From the NCBI GenBank assembly GCA_010909165.1, contig MU008177.1:1054001-1118000 (forward strand): a stretch of 64,000 nucleotides of DNA, written 5' to 3'. The stretch comes from Anthoceros angustus (lineage: Eukaryota; Plantae; Anthocerotophyta). Position numbers and translations under genes: made by a program. Shown piece by piece: positions 23,986 to 37,950 of the stretch (position 1 is the stretch's first letter; the number at the start of each line of letters is the position of its first letter). The notes beneath the pieces were generated by a model. It ran no database searches, was not told where the DNA came from, and saw only the letters and a program-made list of their open reading frames with translations.

Positions 23986-24619
23986 TTGGAACCCGGCTCA
24001 CTGCCGGCCTTGCTGCCACGACCTCCTCCTAGACTTGCTATTGCGCCACCCCCAACAACACGGCATGGAAAACATGATGATGAAGATGAGGAAAAATAAA
24101 CCATAGCAAGTGGAAAGAGCATGGCCCACATTGTATCCCAAGCGTTACCAAACTTCCACTTCAATCTTTTTATCCACGTGCACCCATATCCTAGGATTGA
24201 TCGGTCATATTTTAGCCCGGACAATATTACTTTCCTACTCGTGCATGTGCCATCGCTCCCTTCGGCCTCCTTCTACATCCTCCCGCATCCTCCTACATCC
24301 TCCCACATCCTCCTACATCCTCCCACAATCGCTCCCTCTCATGAATCCCTCCAACATCCTCCCGGGCTGACCATCTTTGAAGGCCTCCATCACAACAGTC
24401 ATCGCATCCCCTCACCACAACCTCTTGAAACTTGCTGAACCCTGAACATCTCAAAGCCCTCCCTTCCCCGAAGCAAAGTTCCTTGCAGGTAAATATTTTG
24501 GTGCTAGGTGGAATTCATTTTGACATTGCAAGGATCAACTTAACAAAGTTGATCTATTATCAATTGATAGTGAATATTACACTTTGCATTTTATGGCAGT
24601 AAGAATTGAAATCAAATAA

Positions 24620-25090
24620 GAAGACTTTATTATAAAAAAGAGAAGAGAAAAACCCATCCACCCCAAAAACAAAAGGGGGAAAAACCCAATGAAGGGCACT
24701 ATGTCAGGGGGGACTAGCCCCCACGAACACGCATTTCAATACTACTAACCGCCCGAAGAACTTCGTGGTCAGGGAAGTGAAAAGGCCTACTTACCTCGGG
24801 AAGGTCGCATCTCTCGTGACTCATGTTGTTCTCAGAGCACCGGTATTAACGCCCGCAGAGCGATGGAAACCCTCTGCCAGAAGAAAGCAACAATGCAAGA
24901 AAAGGGGAGGCCAATCCCATTCTTGCGGCTGTGATAAGCCTTAGCGTAGGCCTTGACGAACTTGGAGAAATCCTTGCCCATGGCTCCGTGAGTCTCGATG
25001 GCAAGGGGGACGAAGGCGTGGCCGTCTTACATAGGAGAGTACTTGTGGACCTTAGCCGACACGCATACCTCCGCCGCCCAACCTGGAGGG
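24620..25090 (-). mobile_element. 5'-truncated CRE/RLE-type LINE 3' end
   Basis: The minus frame reads AAEV..SAKVHKY...GHAFVPLAIETHGAMGKDFSKF...QRVSIALRA (RLE C-terminus), followed by a T-rich 3' UTR and AATAAA at ~24626-24631. Confidence 0.72.
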
Positions 25091-25224
25091 TTAAAGATAA
25101 CATGTTCATAGAATTGAAATCCACCTACTTATCTTTCCATACCTTCACTCAAAGTCAAGAGCTTTTTCCAAACCTTTCTGATTATGGAAGTTGCCCTTTG
25201 TTCATCAGTTTATTGAGTTGCAAT

Positions 25225-25880
25225 TAACTATGGATGAAATTGAAGTTGCTATTATATTACTCACCTTTTTGCAATTGACCTTGACTAGAAGACAAGTTGT
25301 CATTTACAATTGACATTGGTTGCAATTGAAATTGCTGCCATATTACTCATCTTTTTGCATTTGACCTTGACTCGAAGACAACTTATCATCTGCAATTGAT
25401 TGTGGATGAAATTGTTGTTATCATATTACTCACTTTTTGGAGTTGATCTTGACTAGAAGACAACTTCTCATCACTAACAAGTTGACCTCGACAACAGGTT
25501 ATCTTGCATGTTGGCAACACCAAGTTGAATTAAACAAACAGTCAACTTGTCATTGCCAACTTGGAAATTAACCTTGACGGCAGGTCATCTAGCAAATTGG
25601 TGACCACAAGTTGACTTAGACAAACGGTCAACGTGCCGTTGCCAACTTGCAAGTTGACCTTAAATGCCGGTCATCTAGCAAGTTGATGACCACAAGTTGA
25701 CGTAGACAAGAAGTCAACTTGCCGTCGCCAACACTTGGTACATGACATTGACGGTTGGTCATCACCAAGTTGACAATGACAAGTTGACCATTTGTTAAGG
25801 TGAACAAGTAAGTTAGCAACTGCTAGTTGACCACCACGACAAGTCATCTTGCAGTCGGCAATAATAAGTTGACGTCACGG
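25225..25880. repeat. Degenerate repeat field (~85-bp tandem units, then many CAAGTTGAC motifs in both orientations)
   Basis: atattactca.cttttt(g)ca.ttgaccttgact.gaagacaa occurs three times; caagttgac/gtcaacttg recur from 25478 to 25873. Confidence 0.65.
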
Positions 25881-26060
25881 TATGAAGATGACTTTTTGCC
25901 ATAAGACTGAGGTAAAGAAGGATAAATGGATTCTTAGGGACTGTAAAGCAATGTGTCTTGCAATTGGCCGCTTGAAAGAATGGAAGAATCACAGCTTCCA
26001 AGCAATCCCAGCCCGCACGCAACTGCCTTTAATTCTATGAAAAGGAAAGGTGCCCTTGGT

Positions 26061-26172
26061 GTTGGGAAGAAAGCACGTTTGATATGAGAGCATTATGAAC
26101 TCATTGTCACTTAGTTGTTGGGAAGAAAGCACGTTTGATATGAGAGCATTATGAACTCATTGTCACTTAGTT
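26061..26172. repeat. Exact 56-bp tandem duplication
   Basis: gttgggaagaaagcacgtttgatatgagagcattatgaactcattgtcacttagtt x2. Confidence 0.95.
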
Positions 26173-28357
26173 GGAGCATCCTCCCAATTATGCCTTGTGT
26201 TTTAGTGTAGACAATTATGCCTTGTGTTTTAGTGCATCTTTAGTGTTAGACAGTCAAGCGTTGGCGAGCCTCTATGCACTATGCACTGCTATAAAGAGCT
26301 TTAGCACGTTGGCAGAAGTGGTTATCAAAGGAAGTAAGGGATGTCTATGTTTTATGGCTAAGACCATGAAGGCGAGATTTGTAACCTACAAAAACTAGGT
26401 AAATGAAGGCAAGAGGGGCAAAGAAAAGTACATGTTTTGGTATATCTGCAGATGACCAGAAGAATGGTATTTTTACCATTGCACATAAATTGGATAACAT
26501 ATGTGCCTTGTTTGATCGAATGGACTCTTTGTTTGTAGCCAAAGCTAATTTGGAGCCATGATTTGAGCTTGATGGTGGATTGGAAGGGACAACAAGAGAC
26601 CAACTACATGTACCTTTGACAAGAGAGATTCTAACTTTGTTAAACCCAATTTTTCAAGAAACTAACTTGCTCCACGGGTTGGATGAAGGTAGTAATGACC
26701 CTCATGCAATTAGTGAAGAGCCCTTGGACTATGAAGTAATTCCCAATTCAAGAGTATGTGAACTTGGATATTCAAGATTATGTGAACTTGGATAAGTAGA
26801 GTCCTTTGAAGTTGCTGATGGCAAAAAGGCTTTTCAATTCAGGCTTAGGGAAAGGCCTTATGTACCTAGTTCTTCTACATTTAGGAAGAAGCCAATAAAA
26901 GCTGGAAAAGGCCTTATGTACCTAGCTCTTCTACATTTAGGAAGAAGCCAATAAAAGCTGGAACATCTATAGATGAGCGCAAGTACCTCCAAAGCTAGAT
27001 GTTGGTCCTGGTATTGGGCATCAAGAAATACTTTTGCAGTTGCCTATCATGATGCAACAATTAAAAAAAACAGAATGCAAGTTGTTATCTAGCAGCAACT
27101 GGCTGCAATAATCATCGATTTATTGCTTTGCATTCATGAGTTTCTAACTACTCGGGATTTCCACAACCAAGCGATTTACTGGATCAGAAACATTAGAGTA
27201 TTCCAGGACAAATTAGAAAAGAGCACGGCCGGATGTCGCCGCTCAATTCCCGAACAGACTCCAGTTCCAGTTTGCAAATCGTTAGAGGCAATCCCTGATC
27301 CAGATGCTGCTTCCCGATGTACAGCGCGTCGAATCAGGTGCTATATGTTTGGTTGACCTGATCTCCACAGCTCGGCTCAATTATCAGCTCAAATCGACAG
27401 CTTGAATTCTGAGCTGTCCGACCAATCGCAGCGCTTGAGAAATCTGTCGAAGCTTGCCCTCGCCTTGGTTTTGGCCGTCTCTAAATCGCAAGCAAAAGCT
27501 TTGCACACAGATACTCGCAGCGGCACAAGCAGAAATTTCCACGCGCTCTACCAACTGCTCAGAATGTCACCCACTCTTCGCCATTCATATTGCCCACACA
27601 GCTGGTTTCCAACGCTTTGTGCAGCACCTCAACAACACACACAACCAAAAAAGCAAAACGGATGATAGCATACGGGTCTGAAATAGGGTTTAGGATCAGG
27701 AATCAAGTACCTTTTCACTAAGTTTGAAACGTCCCTATCGTTTGAAACGTCCCTATCTATCGCACAATATGAAACTCACATCAATGGGCTGGTTGGGTCT
27801 TTGGGGCTTAGCTGTAGTCGAAGACGCACGCCCCACCCCGACATCTTGAAAGCGAGGGAGGTCTGGCCAAGCCTGGAGGTCATGGCCAAGCCTCGACGTA
27901 TCACCGGCGGCAAAAAGTCGCAGTCTGAGGTGCTGGGACGAGCCCATGTTCGGGAAATCTTCGGACAGGACACAAATATTTTCCCACGAAGCTTTCTCTC
28001 TGTGTGACTGCCCCTGTTCGCGCCCTCCGAAGTCGTCCATCTTGGTAGAACCTCCTTCGTTTTCAGCTGACCTTAGCAGCCCGAAGTCAGCCATGAGTAT
28101 GCGTGGAAGAAGGTTGCAGGTGCCAATGCTACAAAAGTTCTCCGGTGCAGGTGCAGGTGCAGGTGTCAATGTCCAGGTGCAGGTGCAGATGCAGGAGCCA
28201 ATACTACTTTTCTCCAGGTGCAGTCCAGCCTTTCTTTCCTGCAGCAATTTCCCATGTCCTGAGCCTGTACAGCTTGACTGCCCGCTGTTCAGCAAAGAGA
28301 GGACGCGTTTTTGAGCGGCCTAGTCCTGTCCATGCACTCCACAGCGGTCCCTGAACG

Positions 28358-31041
28358 ATGGCCACAGCGAAGGCTGAAGCTTCCTTTCTTCTCTTTGCAG
28401 TTCGTTGGCTTTCAGGCGGGACCCAGCAAATTGGTGTGTGTACAGGGATTCTACGAGGAGCTCCTGCTAACCTCATCTTAGGAGTCGACCCTGGCAAGCA
28501 AAGCCCAGGTGCAGCAGTGTATGAGCCCAGCACTTCCACCTGAGAAAGTGTGTGGTAGGGACGGGTTTTCCAGCGATGGTCGTTGCCAGGAGCAGGAGCA
28601 CTTGTGGCAGCAATTTTTCTGGACCCTACCCTGTGGTGGGACAACAGACGAGGTAAGAAGAGCGCCCGTTCCCTGACTTCCGGCGTAAGGGTCCGGCGAG
28701 GTGCTGTGGTTAAACAACATGTTTAAGCCAGCTTGGGTTGATGAGCAGCCTCATGCATGGATCTGCAGATGGATATGGTGCCTCCTTCCGAGTCCAGCTC
28801 CGGATAAGCCTAAACCTGGGAGGCGTGCAGGATCGGAAATGGGCGTTGTACGGCTGTAACCGTGAGCACGTTATGTCAGCAGGGAAGCTTTCTGAGGCCG
28901 TTGGAGCCCTGGAATCTCTGGCAGACAGAGTCTGCCATTTCAGTCTCTGTTTTACACTGTACTAAAACTGTGTACAGCTAAGAAGGATTTGGTTGTGGGG
29001 CGTCGAGTTCATGATCTCACTGCCAAACTTGGGTACGAGTCGAGTGCGTACTTGGGGAACCACATCTTGCGCATGTATGCATGTGGAGGTAGGCTGCAGG
29101 AGGCCATGGGTGTGTTCACCAGGGTGGGCAAACCAGATGTCTTCATGTGGTTTTCCATAATCTCTGCACATGCTAAGCACGGGAAACCTGAGGAGGCCAT
29201 ACAACTGTACCATGAGATGCGTAGGTCAGGAGTGAAGGCTGATGCTCACGTCTTTGTAGCTGCCCTTCAAGCTTGTGCATTTGCCGCCGACTTGGAATCT
29301 GGCAGAAAAGTGCACTGTGATGTGGTGCAGAGTGGCATTCCTACTAACTTGTTTGTTGGCAACTGCCTTGTGGACATGTATGCAAAATGTGGCGAACCAA
29401 AAAATGCACGCGAGGTTTTTGACAGCATGGCCACAAAGGATGTGGTGACATGGACTGTACTGGTAGCTGGGTATGCAAAATGTGGCGAACTGAAAGATGC
29501 ACGCCAGGTTTTTGACAGCATGAACAGAAAGGATGTAGTGACATGGAATGCTCTGATTGCTGGGTACACACAGCAAGGGCTTGGACATGAGGCGCTTGTT
29601 GTGTATGGACAAATGGAGGAGAGGGCCTCTTTTGGCTAACCATGCTTGCCTTCTGAAGGCCTGTGCAAGCACTGGTGCCTTACAGAAGGGCAGGCAGCTG
29701 CACTCACAGATTGTCGAAAGAGGACTGCTGGATGACGTAGTGGTGGGCAACTGCCTTGTGGACATGTATGCAAAATGTGGTGAACTGGAAGATGCACGCC
29801 AGGTTTTTGACAGCATGGCACAAAGGATGTGGTGACATGGAATGCTGATTGCTGGGTATGCACAGGACTTGGGCCAAGAGGCGCTTGTTGTGTATGGACA
29901 AATGGAGGAGGCGGGCCTCATTTTGGCTGACCATGTTACTTTTGCTTGCCTTCTGAAGGCCTGTGCAAGCACTGGTGCCTTACAGAAGGGCAGGCAGCTG
30001 CACTCACAGATTGTCGAAAGAGGACTGCTGGATAACGTAGTGGTGGGCACCTGCCTGGTGGACATGTATGCAAAATGTGGTGAACTGGAAGATGCACGCC
30101 AGGTTTTTGACAGCTTGGCCACAAAGGATGTGGTGACATGGAATGCCCTGATTGCTGGGTATGGTGCTTGTGATGAAGGTCACAAGGCACTAGCTTGTTT
30201 TGAGGAGATGTTAGTTGCCGGTGTTCAGCCTAATGATGCTACTTTTACTTGCCTTTTAGTAGCATGCAGTCATGAGGGACTGGTCCATGAGGTCAAGCAC
30301 TTTGATTCCATGGCTGAACAGCATGGCATCAAACCTACTATCGAGCATTACACTTGCATGATTGATCTTCTTGGGCGTGCTGGCCATGTAGTTGAGGCAC
30401 AGAAGATGCTATTATCATGTGGGGGCCAAACTAATGTTGTGAGCTTGATATCTTTGTTGAATGCCTGCAAAAGTCACGGGGATTTAGAGAGGGCTGTGTG
30501 GTGTTTTGAAAGCATTGTTAGGCTGGACCCTCACATGGCATCTGCGTATGTGCTCATGGCAAATGCCTACGCAGATGCAGGTAGGTGGACCGATGTAGAC
30601 AGGATTGAAACACAAAGAAGGGCAGCAGGAGCTAAAAAGAAACCTGCAGTGGCAACCATTGAGGTGAACAAGGAGGTACACAGATTTCTGGTGGGCGAAA
30701 GGAGAAACGATATTGTGCTTAAGGTAGAGAGTACAAATGCACGTGTGAAGCAGGAAGGAGGCCATGTACCTCACACTAAGTTGGTGTTGAAGCCATTGTG
30801 TGAGAAGGAAAAGGAAGACGTGCTATGTGGGCATGCTGAGAAGCTAGCTTTAGCGTTTGGTCTCTTGAACACTCCGAGTGGGACACCTCTGGTGGTAACG
30901 AAGAATCTACGCATGTGCAGTGACTGCCACAGTTCCACGGAGATTATGTCAAGGCTTGAACAAAGAGACATTGTTGTAAGGGATGGGTACCGTGTGCATC
31001 GATTCACAGCTGGTTGTTGCAGTTGTAAGGGTCGACCATGA
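28358..31041 (+). pseudogene. PLS-class PPR with DYW:KP (GRP) domain, copy C, inverted relative to A and B, frameshifted
   Basis: ATG at 28358 (MATAKAEASFLLF). ORF pieces 28989-29639, 29557-29835 and 29842-31041; the last holds an intact C-terminal 399 aa with KKPAVA, HAEKLA, CSDCH and CCSCKGRP. The PDF motif DNA is at ~28595-28750. Confidence 0.92.
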
Positions 31042-31086
31042 CAAAAATGAAGTGTTGCCAGTGGTGATTGGGGTGAATATGCTTGT

Positions 31087-31230
31087 TGAGACGTGGACAT
31101 GTCCATTCCTGTCCAAACTGAGACGTGGTCATGTCCATTCCTGTCCAAACTGAGACGTGGTCATGTCCATTCCTGTCCAAACTGAGACGTGGTCATGTCC
31201 ATTCCTGTCCAAACTGAGACTTGGACATGG
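31087..31230. repeat. 32-bp minisatellite downstream of PPR copy C (4.5 copies)
   Basis: tgagacgtgg(a/t)catgtccattcctgtccaaac units at 31087, 31119, 31151, 31183 and 31215. Confidence 0.92.
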
Positions 31231-33030
31231 ATGGCTAACACTGATCCTGGCAGCCCTCATCATAATAGAAAGAAACAGAATGGAGAGGAGCGGGGTCAAC
31301 TTCACAAGCTGCGTCTGCTCGTGTGGACTTGCTTGGGATCTGCCTTGGTCTTGGAGATCAGGGGTTAGGGCCCCGATTTCAGCTCAGATCCCGGGGAATA
31401 GTGGCTGCGCTTGCTGGATTCAGCTTGTAGCGGTATGGGAGTGGATTTGCAAGTTTTTCCAACTTATCGTTTTGCGGCTGGGGAAGCAAAGCTGCTAACC
31501 TGCAAGGCTCCGGGATCCGTGGATTGATGCCGGTCTGGGCATCTCCAGTTCATTCTGTGATAGAGTGGTTCAAGGGTGCTCCTGCCTGCTAGTAGCTGTG
31601 GATGTGCATGGTCTTCAGACAGGACAACTCCAACATGCTGCAACAACTTGCAACTTGACGTGCAGAGATGAGGTCAGTTGAACACATTTCACGAGGTTCT
31701 TTAGGAGGCCATTCTGGAGTTTGGAAGTCAGTGCAGAAGAAACGCCCTCCCAAGGTACGATACGCAGTTTGTTTTTTCGTGCCAGTTTTCGTGCCTTCAT
31801 CCCTATGTGGGCATCCCTGTACACTCGATGAGCTGCTCTGAGCAAAAGAGTTGCTGGTGTTCCTCAGCGAGCAGCACACTGAGTCCGATAGATCAGAGTG
31901 CAAACTCCGTGCAATCGGAAATATGGCTGTTCCCACTTCCACGGGCAGATAGACGATGAGATGGCTTCAAGGACAAGATGACATGTACACTCTGTACGTT
32001 CATATGTAACAAGGATGTCCTCCACATTTATCCACCTTTATTAGGGTGGATAAAGGTGGAGGAGATCCACTTGCTGAGTGGCGAGAGGGAACAGGAGTAG
32101 GCAATATAGTCAGCTAGCTGCTTTTAGAGCCCTAGCGGCTTGGGCATATTTATCCGCTTGGGTTAACAACTTACAGCACCACAATTTTGCTGCATTTCCT
32201 AGTGTGTGTATCATCCGTTGTGCAGAGTCCGATCGAGCCTTGAAAGCACGCAAAGCCTCCTCTTGGAGAGATGCGATTACCGGCTTTAAAATGTCGATAA
32301 CTATTTGCAACGTCCTGCTGGCCAAAAGCCCCACCCCTGGTACTATGCAAACACCACCGAGGGAGAAGCAAAAGGAGACACCAGGGCAACTCGTTGCGGG
32401 AATCAAGCACAAGGCAATCTAGAGGAAGACGTAACGCTAATCGGGCATCATCGTGGAGGTGTCAGGGAAGCATGCGAAAGATGCGTGGGCAAAGAAAGCA
32501 AATTTTAAACAGCCTGAGGATGTAATCCAACTGGGTATGCAACCATTTCCATGATAAACGAGGTACCCCTTGGGCACCGAAGCCTGTGCCCCGGAGTGGT
32601 GGGAGTGGCAAGACGCACTTGGGCAGCCGAAGTAGTCTGGTCAAAGTCCTTACGCATATGCCTAATGTGGATTTTTACCCCTTTAATTCCCCAACAAAGC
32701 TAGGCACAGACCGAACATGGAGTGTCCTTAAGGGTGACAAAAAGTGTGGACTGCCTCAGTGGGAAGAGCAGAGAACGCTCCCCACAACAATTAGCTGACC
32801 TGGAAAGTGCCGGGGGGGATGACCAGGATCAAGAACCACAGCTGATAAAAGACCAGTGGAAGGAAAACACAGCAAAATGATGCGAAAAGTCTGAGATAGA
32901 AAGTGCACCGAAAGGACCCTGGAGATAGGGCCAAGGAGGCACCGAGGACAAAAGTCCCCGGCCTTACCGTGCATATAGAGAGTACACTACATATGGCAAA
33001 CCCCAATAGGCTAGCCAAAGACCCTGCCTT

Positions 33031-33252
33031 AGTTAGAAATAGTGTAGACCGCGTTGGTTAAGGTCGACTAGACCAAACCCAATGTGGATTAGTCAAACTA
33101 GACTCAGCTAGTTGGTAGTTAGTTAACTAGCAGGCTAGTGAAAGGACACACCCCCTCGTAACCATCCTTTATAAGCCCACCTATGAACTAAACATATTCA
33201 TTGTTAATAAAGCATCTACTTGATGCAAGACGCTTCATATGCATCTCTAACT
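33031..33252 (+). repeat. 5' LTR of Copia (AGTTAGA...TCTAACT)
   Basis: Direct repeat of 45204-45425, followed immediately by the PBS. Confidence 0.92.
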
Positions 33253-33264
33253 TGGTATCGAGCC
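33253..33264 (+). promoter_or_regulatory. Primer binding site (tRNA-iMet-like)
   Basis: tggtatcgagcc compared with the canonical TGGTATCAGAGC. Confidence 0.85.
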
Positions 33265-36200
33265 ATGTGATATTTCAATGGCTTTGTTGCTTATTTTCTT
33301 CCCTAATCAACTTAGGAAGATAAGCTAGCAACCTCATACCCAATTTTAGTTGATGAAAATGCATTTTGATATGCATTTCCGATAGCGTACTATCATCTCG
33401 CATCATAGGCGCATCCGCTAGTTTTCTACCATGTAGAAACTCATGTTGCCCATCATACCATTGCTAAGTGAAAATAATTAGCTTAGAACTTTCTAAGTAA
33501 AGTAATTATCATAGCTACTTTATTGATTATTTTCATTAGTTCAATTTCCATCAAACCAAACCAATTTTTCTAAATTGATTGGTTATGGAATCTAGCCACC
33601 CTTCTAGTTCTTGTGATTCTATAAGGCCTAGTCATTGGGCCTTTTATAGGTTAATTTTGCTTAAGAATAGCATCATTTTGCTTACATTCTTCTAAGCAAT
33701 GCGCCTTTTTGCTTTTGCTTTTAGCCTTTAATCTTCAAGCACAAGAACTATGGGTCGCAAACAACAAAGCAACCATGCCGAGGCAAGGAGGAAGCACGAT
33801 CGTGCAGCTCAAGCATCACAATCGCAATCGCCGAGGTTTTGGATTATCATCGCGCGTGTCTACATCATCTTGGATCTTCCTTAGCGGATGTGCTTACGAT
33901 TTTGCTGCAAGAGCGTAATTGGAGACCTACATACGATCACCGATCGTAGCGATCCATGAACTCACCCAATTTAACATCAATTCTCAATTCAAAAGGAGGC
34001 GTCAACCATGGTCCAATTCTAGCGACACGACCGCTTGATGTTGTGGAGACTTGTCAACTTGATCACCCAACGGCGCCTCCTCTCGCCTCCAATCCACAAA
34101 TTGCAGCCATTCGTGTGATCACGCGAAAGAGATTGCCCGGCATTTCAATTGATGCGATCCAAGGTTGGGGGACAACTGCGCGCTCGCGGAGGGACGCCAT
34201 CCGGCCAGATCCCACCAGCGCCGAGATCCGTCGAGCGGCGAGCGGCAACACCGACCGATCCGGCGGGCGCGCCTCAGCCGCCTTCCTCCCACGGCAAGCC
34301 GCGCGCACCGCTGGCACTATCACCCCAGCCAACTTAAAATATTTTAAGTTGGGTATGAAACGCCTGTATGAAACGTGCCCCTAAAATAATTAATTTAGGG
34401 CACCACATGAACGGCAGTTAGACTCAACGGTGCACCTTTTCCTCACTAGTTGTGCCTCCTCACTCGCCGGACGCATCGCTCGACAGGATCCCCACGGCCT
34501 CCCCAAGCTCACTCGGCCACGCTTGTGTTCAAGCACTTTGCTTTATGAAGTAACACCTTGCAAGCTAACCTCGTGCCGAGCCTCCGCCACCGCCACAATT
34601 GCTGCTTCCGTGGTGATCCGAGCTTTCTCCACGACGGAGACTACTTGCTATGTGCCACCACCACAAGTCTTTGTACAAGGATGCTCTTCCGTTTGACATC
34701 CGAGATCAAGCAGGAGGAACTCACTGCTTTAACTGGAGACCTACAAGGAGTACAAACTTGGTGAGGCACAAGAGTTACAAAGACAGAGCAACATCCCAGA
34801 TCAAGCTCTCGCATTCAATCACACAAATCAACACCAATTTGGTTGGTTGAAACGGTTCAGAATCGAATCCACTTTTGATTCGTGAATCACATTAACATCG
34901 AACTTGATTTTGGGCCCTCCGAGCCCGTGTTGTGAGTGTGGTATTGTGAGCATGACATCTCTATTTACATTTACAAGCTTGGTTATTGATGCGAATTCTT
35001 GGTTTTATAACATAACAAAGTCGACTTCGTCAATAATCACAAGTTTTCAAGATGGCTACTCCACTCCACCACTAACACCGCACCTTCTCCCCGCTCCAAT
35101 CATTAATGTTATGAATGTGAGTACGGATTTTAAGGAGAAAGACCGCTTTGACGACCAAGTTTGAAGTTTGGTCTAAGCGGATGAAGACCGCTCTAAATAT
35201 ACGAGATCTTCTTGCCATCGTTGATGGCTCTCCGAAACCACCGGACCTTCACCCGCCTCGACTCATGGACAAGGCAAGATGATGGCTATGCATGCTTATT
35301 TCGCCCAGACGGTCACTCTCCATCACACCGATGGTGCCCTCACCTCGCAGGCTTGGAGGCGATCACGGATATTTACCAATCCACCAACGTAATGACATTG
35401 GTCACGGTCAAATGAATTTTATTCTTTAACGCCGACAGTGTTGCTACTCATGTGAGCAAGTTTCGGTATCTGCGTGCTCAACTTGCTGCTTTGGGGACTC
35501 CATTAACAGAGTTCGAAGCTTCGGTGCAGCTACTAGCTTGCCTCCCAGCCAATTTCAATCTTTTGTCTCTTCACAGAATGGCACTGTACGTGAAGCTCAT
35601 CAAGCTGTGCGTGCTAATAAGACACCTTCAATTTCTATCTCCGAGATAGCTGGTGCTCTTTTACAAGAAGAGGCTTCTAGGTTCAATGCTGGCACCTCGA
35701 AACATGGTGGTGATAGGGTGATGTTTGTCACCAAAGGTAGACAACAATTCAACAAGCGCAGGAACCCAAATGCCATTCGCCGGCCCTCCACTCCTGGTAC
35801 CACCTCCTCTGGGCCTTCTCCATCCAATTCTTCCTCAACTCCTAGACGTAAGGGGACATGTAATTGGTGCAAAGCCCAAGGACACTGGGAGGAATGCAGA
35901 AGAAGAAGGCTGGTGAGCCCAAGCGGACACCAAAACCGCTAACATACGTTGTTACTAAAGCAAGGCATAATTCCAAGACCGACATTGCTTTACAGCTTGT
36001 TTGGTTGCATCCGAGTATAAATCTTCTTGGCTGCTCGACTGCAGCTCGCTTACATATGCAGCCACAAACACATGTTTACGACATATTCGGCGTGATGTTC
36101 TTCATCGCTTCCTTTTGGCGATGACTGCCTCTCAATAGCGGGCATTGGCTCGACTTTCGAATTGGAAGATGGTTCTTCCTTCTACTCACCGATGTGCCGC

Positions 36201-37950
36201 ATGTACCCCGGATGGCCAAGAATTTAATTTCCGTCATTACTTGGTTAAGGATGGCATCTACAGCCGGACTTTGGCCGTGGTGATTGTCTACTCACTCCCT
36301 ATTCATCCGGCCGTGTTATTGCTCGAGGCCATCCTCGCCATGATTTATATGTCTTCAACGGCAAGCCCATGTTGGCGCTGGCTCCACCGCGGCCGCCGCT
36401 CACCGCCATCGACATGAGGAGCTCACGCCATGGTGATGCTTTTCTCCTGCACTCTAGGCTTGGCCACATTAATCATTCCAAGCTCTTAGAGATGTCTAAG
36501 GTGATTTGTTTAGGATAGGCTGCCTACTTTTACAAAGACGCCACCGCTAGTGAATCTTGTATTTATGCTAAGCAACGCAGCCTCCGTATCCCGATCTTCT
36601 CGCACGTGCTAAATTCTTGGAGCTTGTCCACATTGATCTTTGTGGGCCACTGCCTCTTCACTTGGCGGGCTAATCATTTTATGATGCTAGGATGACTTCG
36701 TTATACTTTTGCTTACCCGCCTGCTTGAAGAGTGACTCTTGTATTTTCTCCTTTGTTACTATGGCCGAGCAAACTGGTTGTAAGTCGCGTGCATTAGATC
36801 CGACAATGCCGGGGAACTTAACAATCACCGCTTAAGGACTTTTGTCAAGAGAGGGGATCCTTCACAATTTACGCCCCTATACCTCCCAAAGAAAATGGAG
36901 TTGAAAAGCCAATGGTGATCTTTATGGCGCGCGAGCTGCTCGCTCAATCCCAATTGCCTAAGTCCTTCCGGGCCGTCCAACACCGCTTATATCGTAAACA
37001 GTCCAAGTCCGCTACTACCGGACCCTTATGAGGCCGGCATGGGAGTAAACCCCTTATCTCTCATCTTCGTATCTTGATGCCATGCCCATATACCTTCTCG
37101 CCCGAGACAAGCTCGCTGTGCTCGTAAGTTGGTATTTGTGGGCTATGGCGAGGATCGCAAGGCATACAAGCTGGTGGACTTGAATACCCACACCCGACGT
37201 ATGCACGCACCGTCACCTTTGATGAGTCCTGCCAGCACATCTTGGACCCGCTTCGGCTCCCCGGTCCCGCCCCCATGTCGCTTCTACCTCCGGCCTCGAG
37301 CCCTCGATGGCCTCGGTGACATTCACTTTGAGTTACATACTCAACCCTTCACTTTTCCCGACCTGTGTTCCTGCTTTCTCTCCTACTCCGCCTTTGGTCA
37401 CCCTGCCGGTCCTATTCCCATAGTTCCCGCCGAGAGGGGAAGATGAACAAGCCATGTGGTTGCCCATGGATGAACCATTGGAAATTGAGGATGACCTTTG
37501 GTGTTCTTGAGACTCAAGCATCGAGACACCAGATTCCACATTCCCCACCAAGCCCCGACTTCTGAGCGTAGGTATCCCTTGGCCGAGAACCACGTCACCT
37601 ATGGAATGAAATACCCTTTGACTTGAGTTCAATCAAGGCTATACTACCACCTCAAGGTCACTTTGATGCTTTTAGTGCCTCTTCTTGAGGAGGGAGACCT
37701 CTCACTCGCAAGAGGCATACTCACGACCCCGATGCGACAAGTGGAAGCTTTGCTGATGATGAATATAATTCACACAAAAACACATGGACTCTCAGTACGC
37801 CAAGGCGGGACAACTGCTAAATCGTGGGTTCAAAACTAAGTTCCGAGGTTGAGCTCGTGACACAAGGCGTAGATTGGTGGCTAAGGGGATAATGTAGGGA
37901 GTGGATTACCGGGCGACAAGTTTACTCACCGTCATCAAGCCGCCCGTAAA

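Noticed and set aside
13853-31230. 32-bp repeats resembling CRISPR direct repeats, with a GGACATGTCC p53-like half-site
   Set aside because: Units are head-to-tail with no unique spacers and no cas genes, and the context is plant nuclear DNA. Plants lack p53, so the match is treated as coincidental.
32070-33025. Possible gene or LINE ORF1 interrupted by the Copia insertion (continuing at 45431-46000)
   Set aside because: Only short ORFs with no motif I can recognise.
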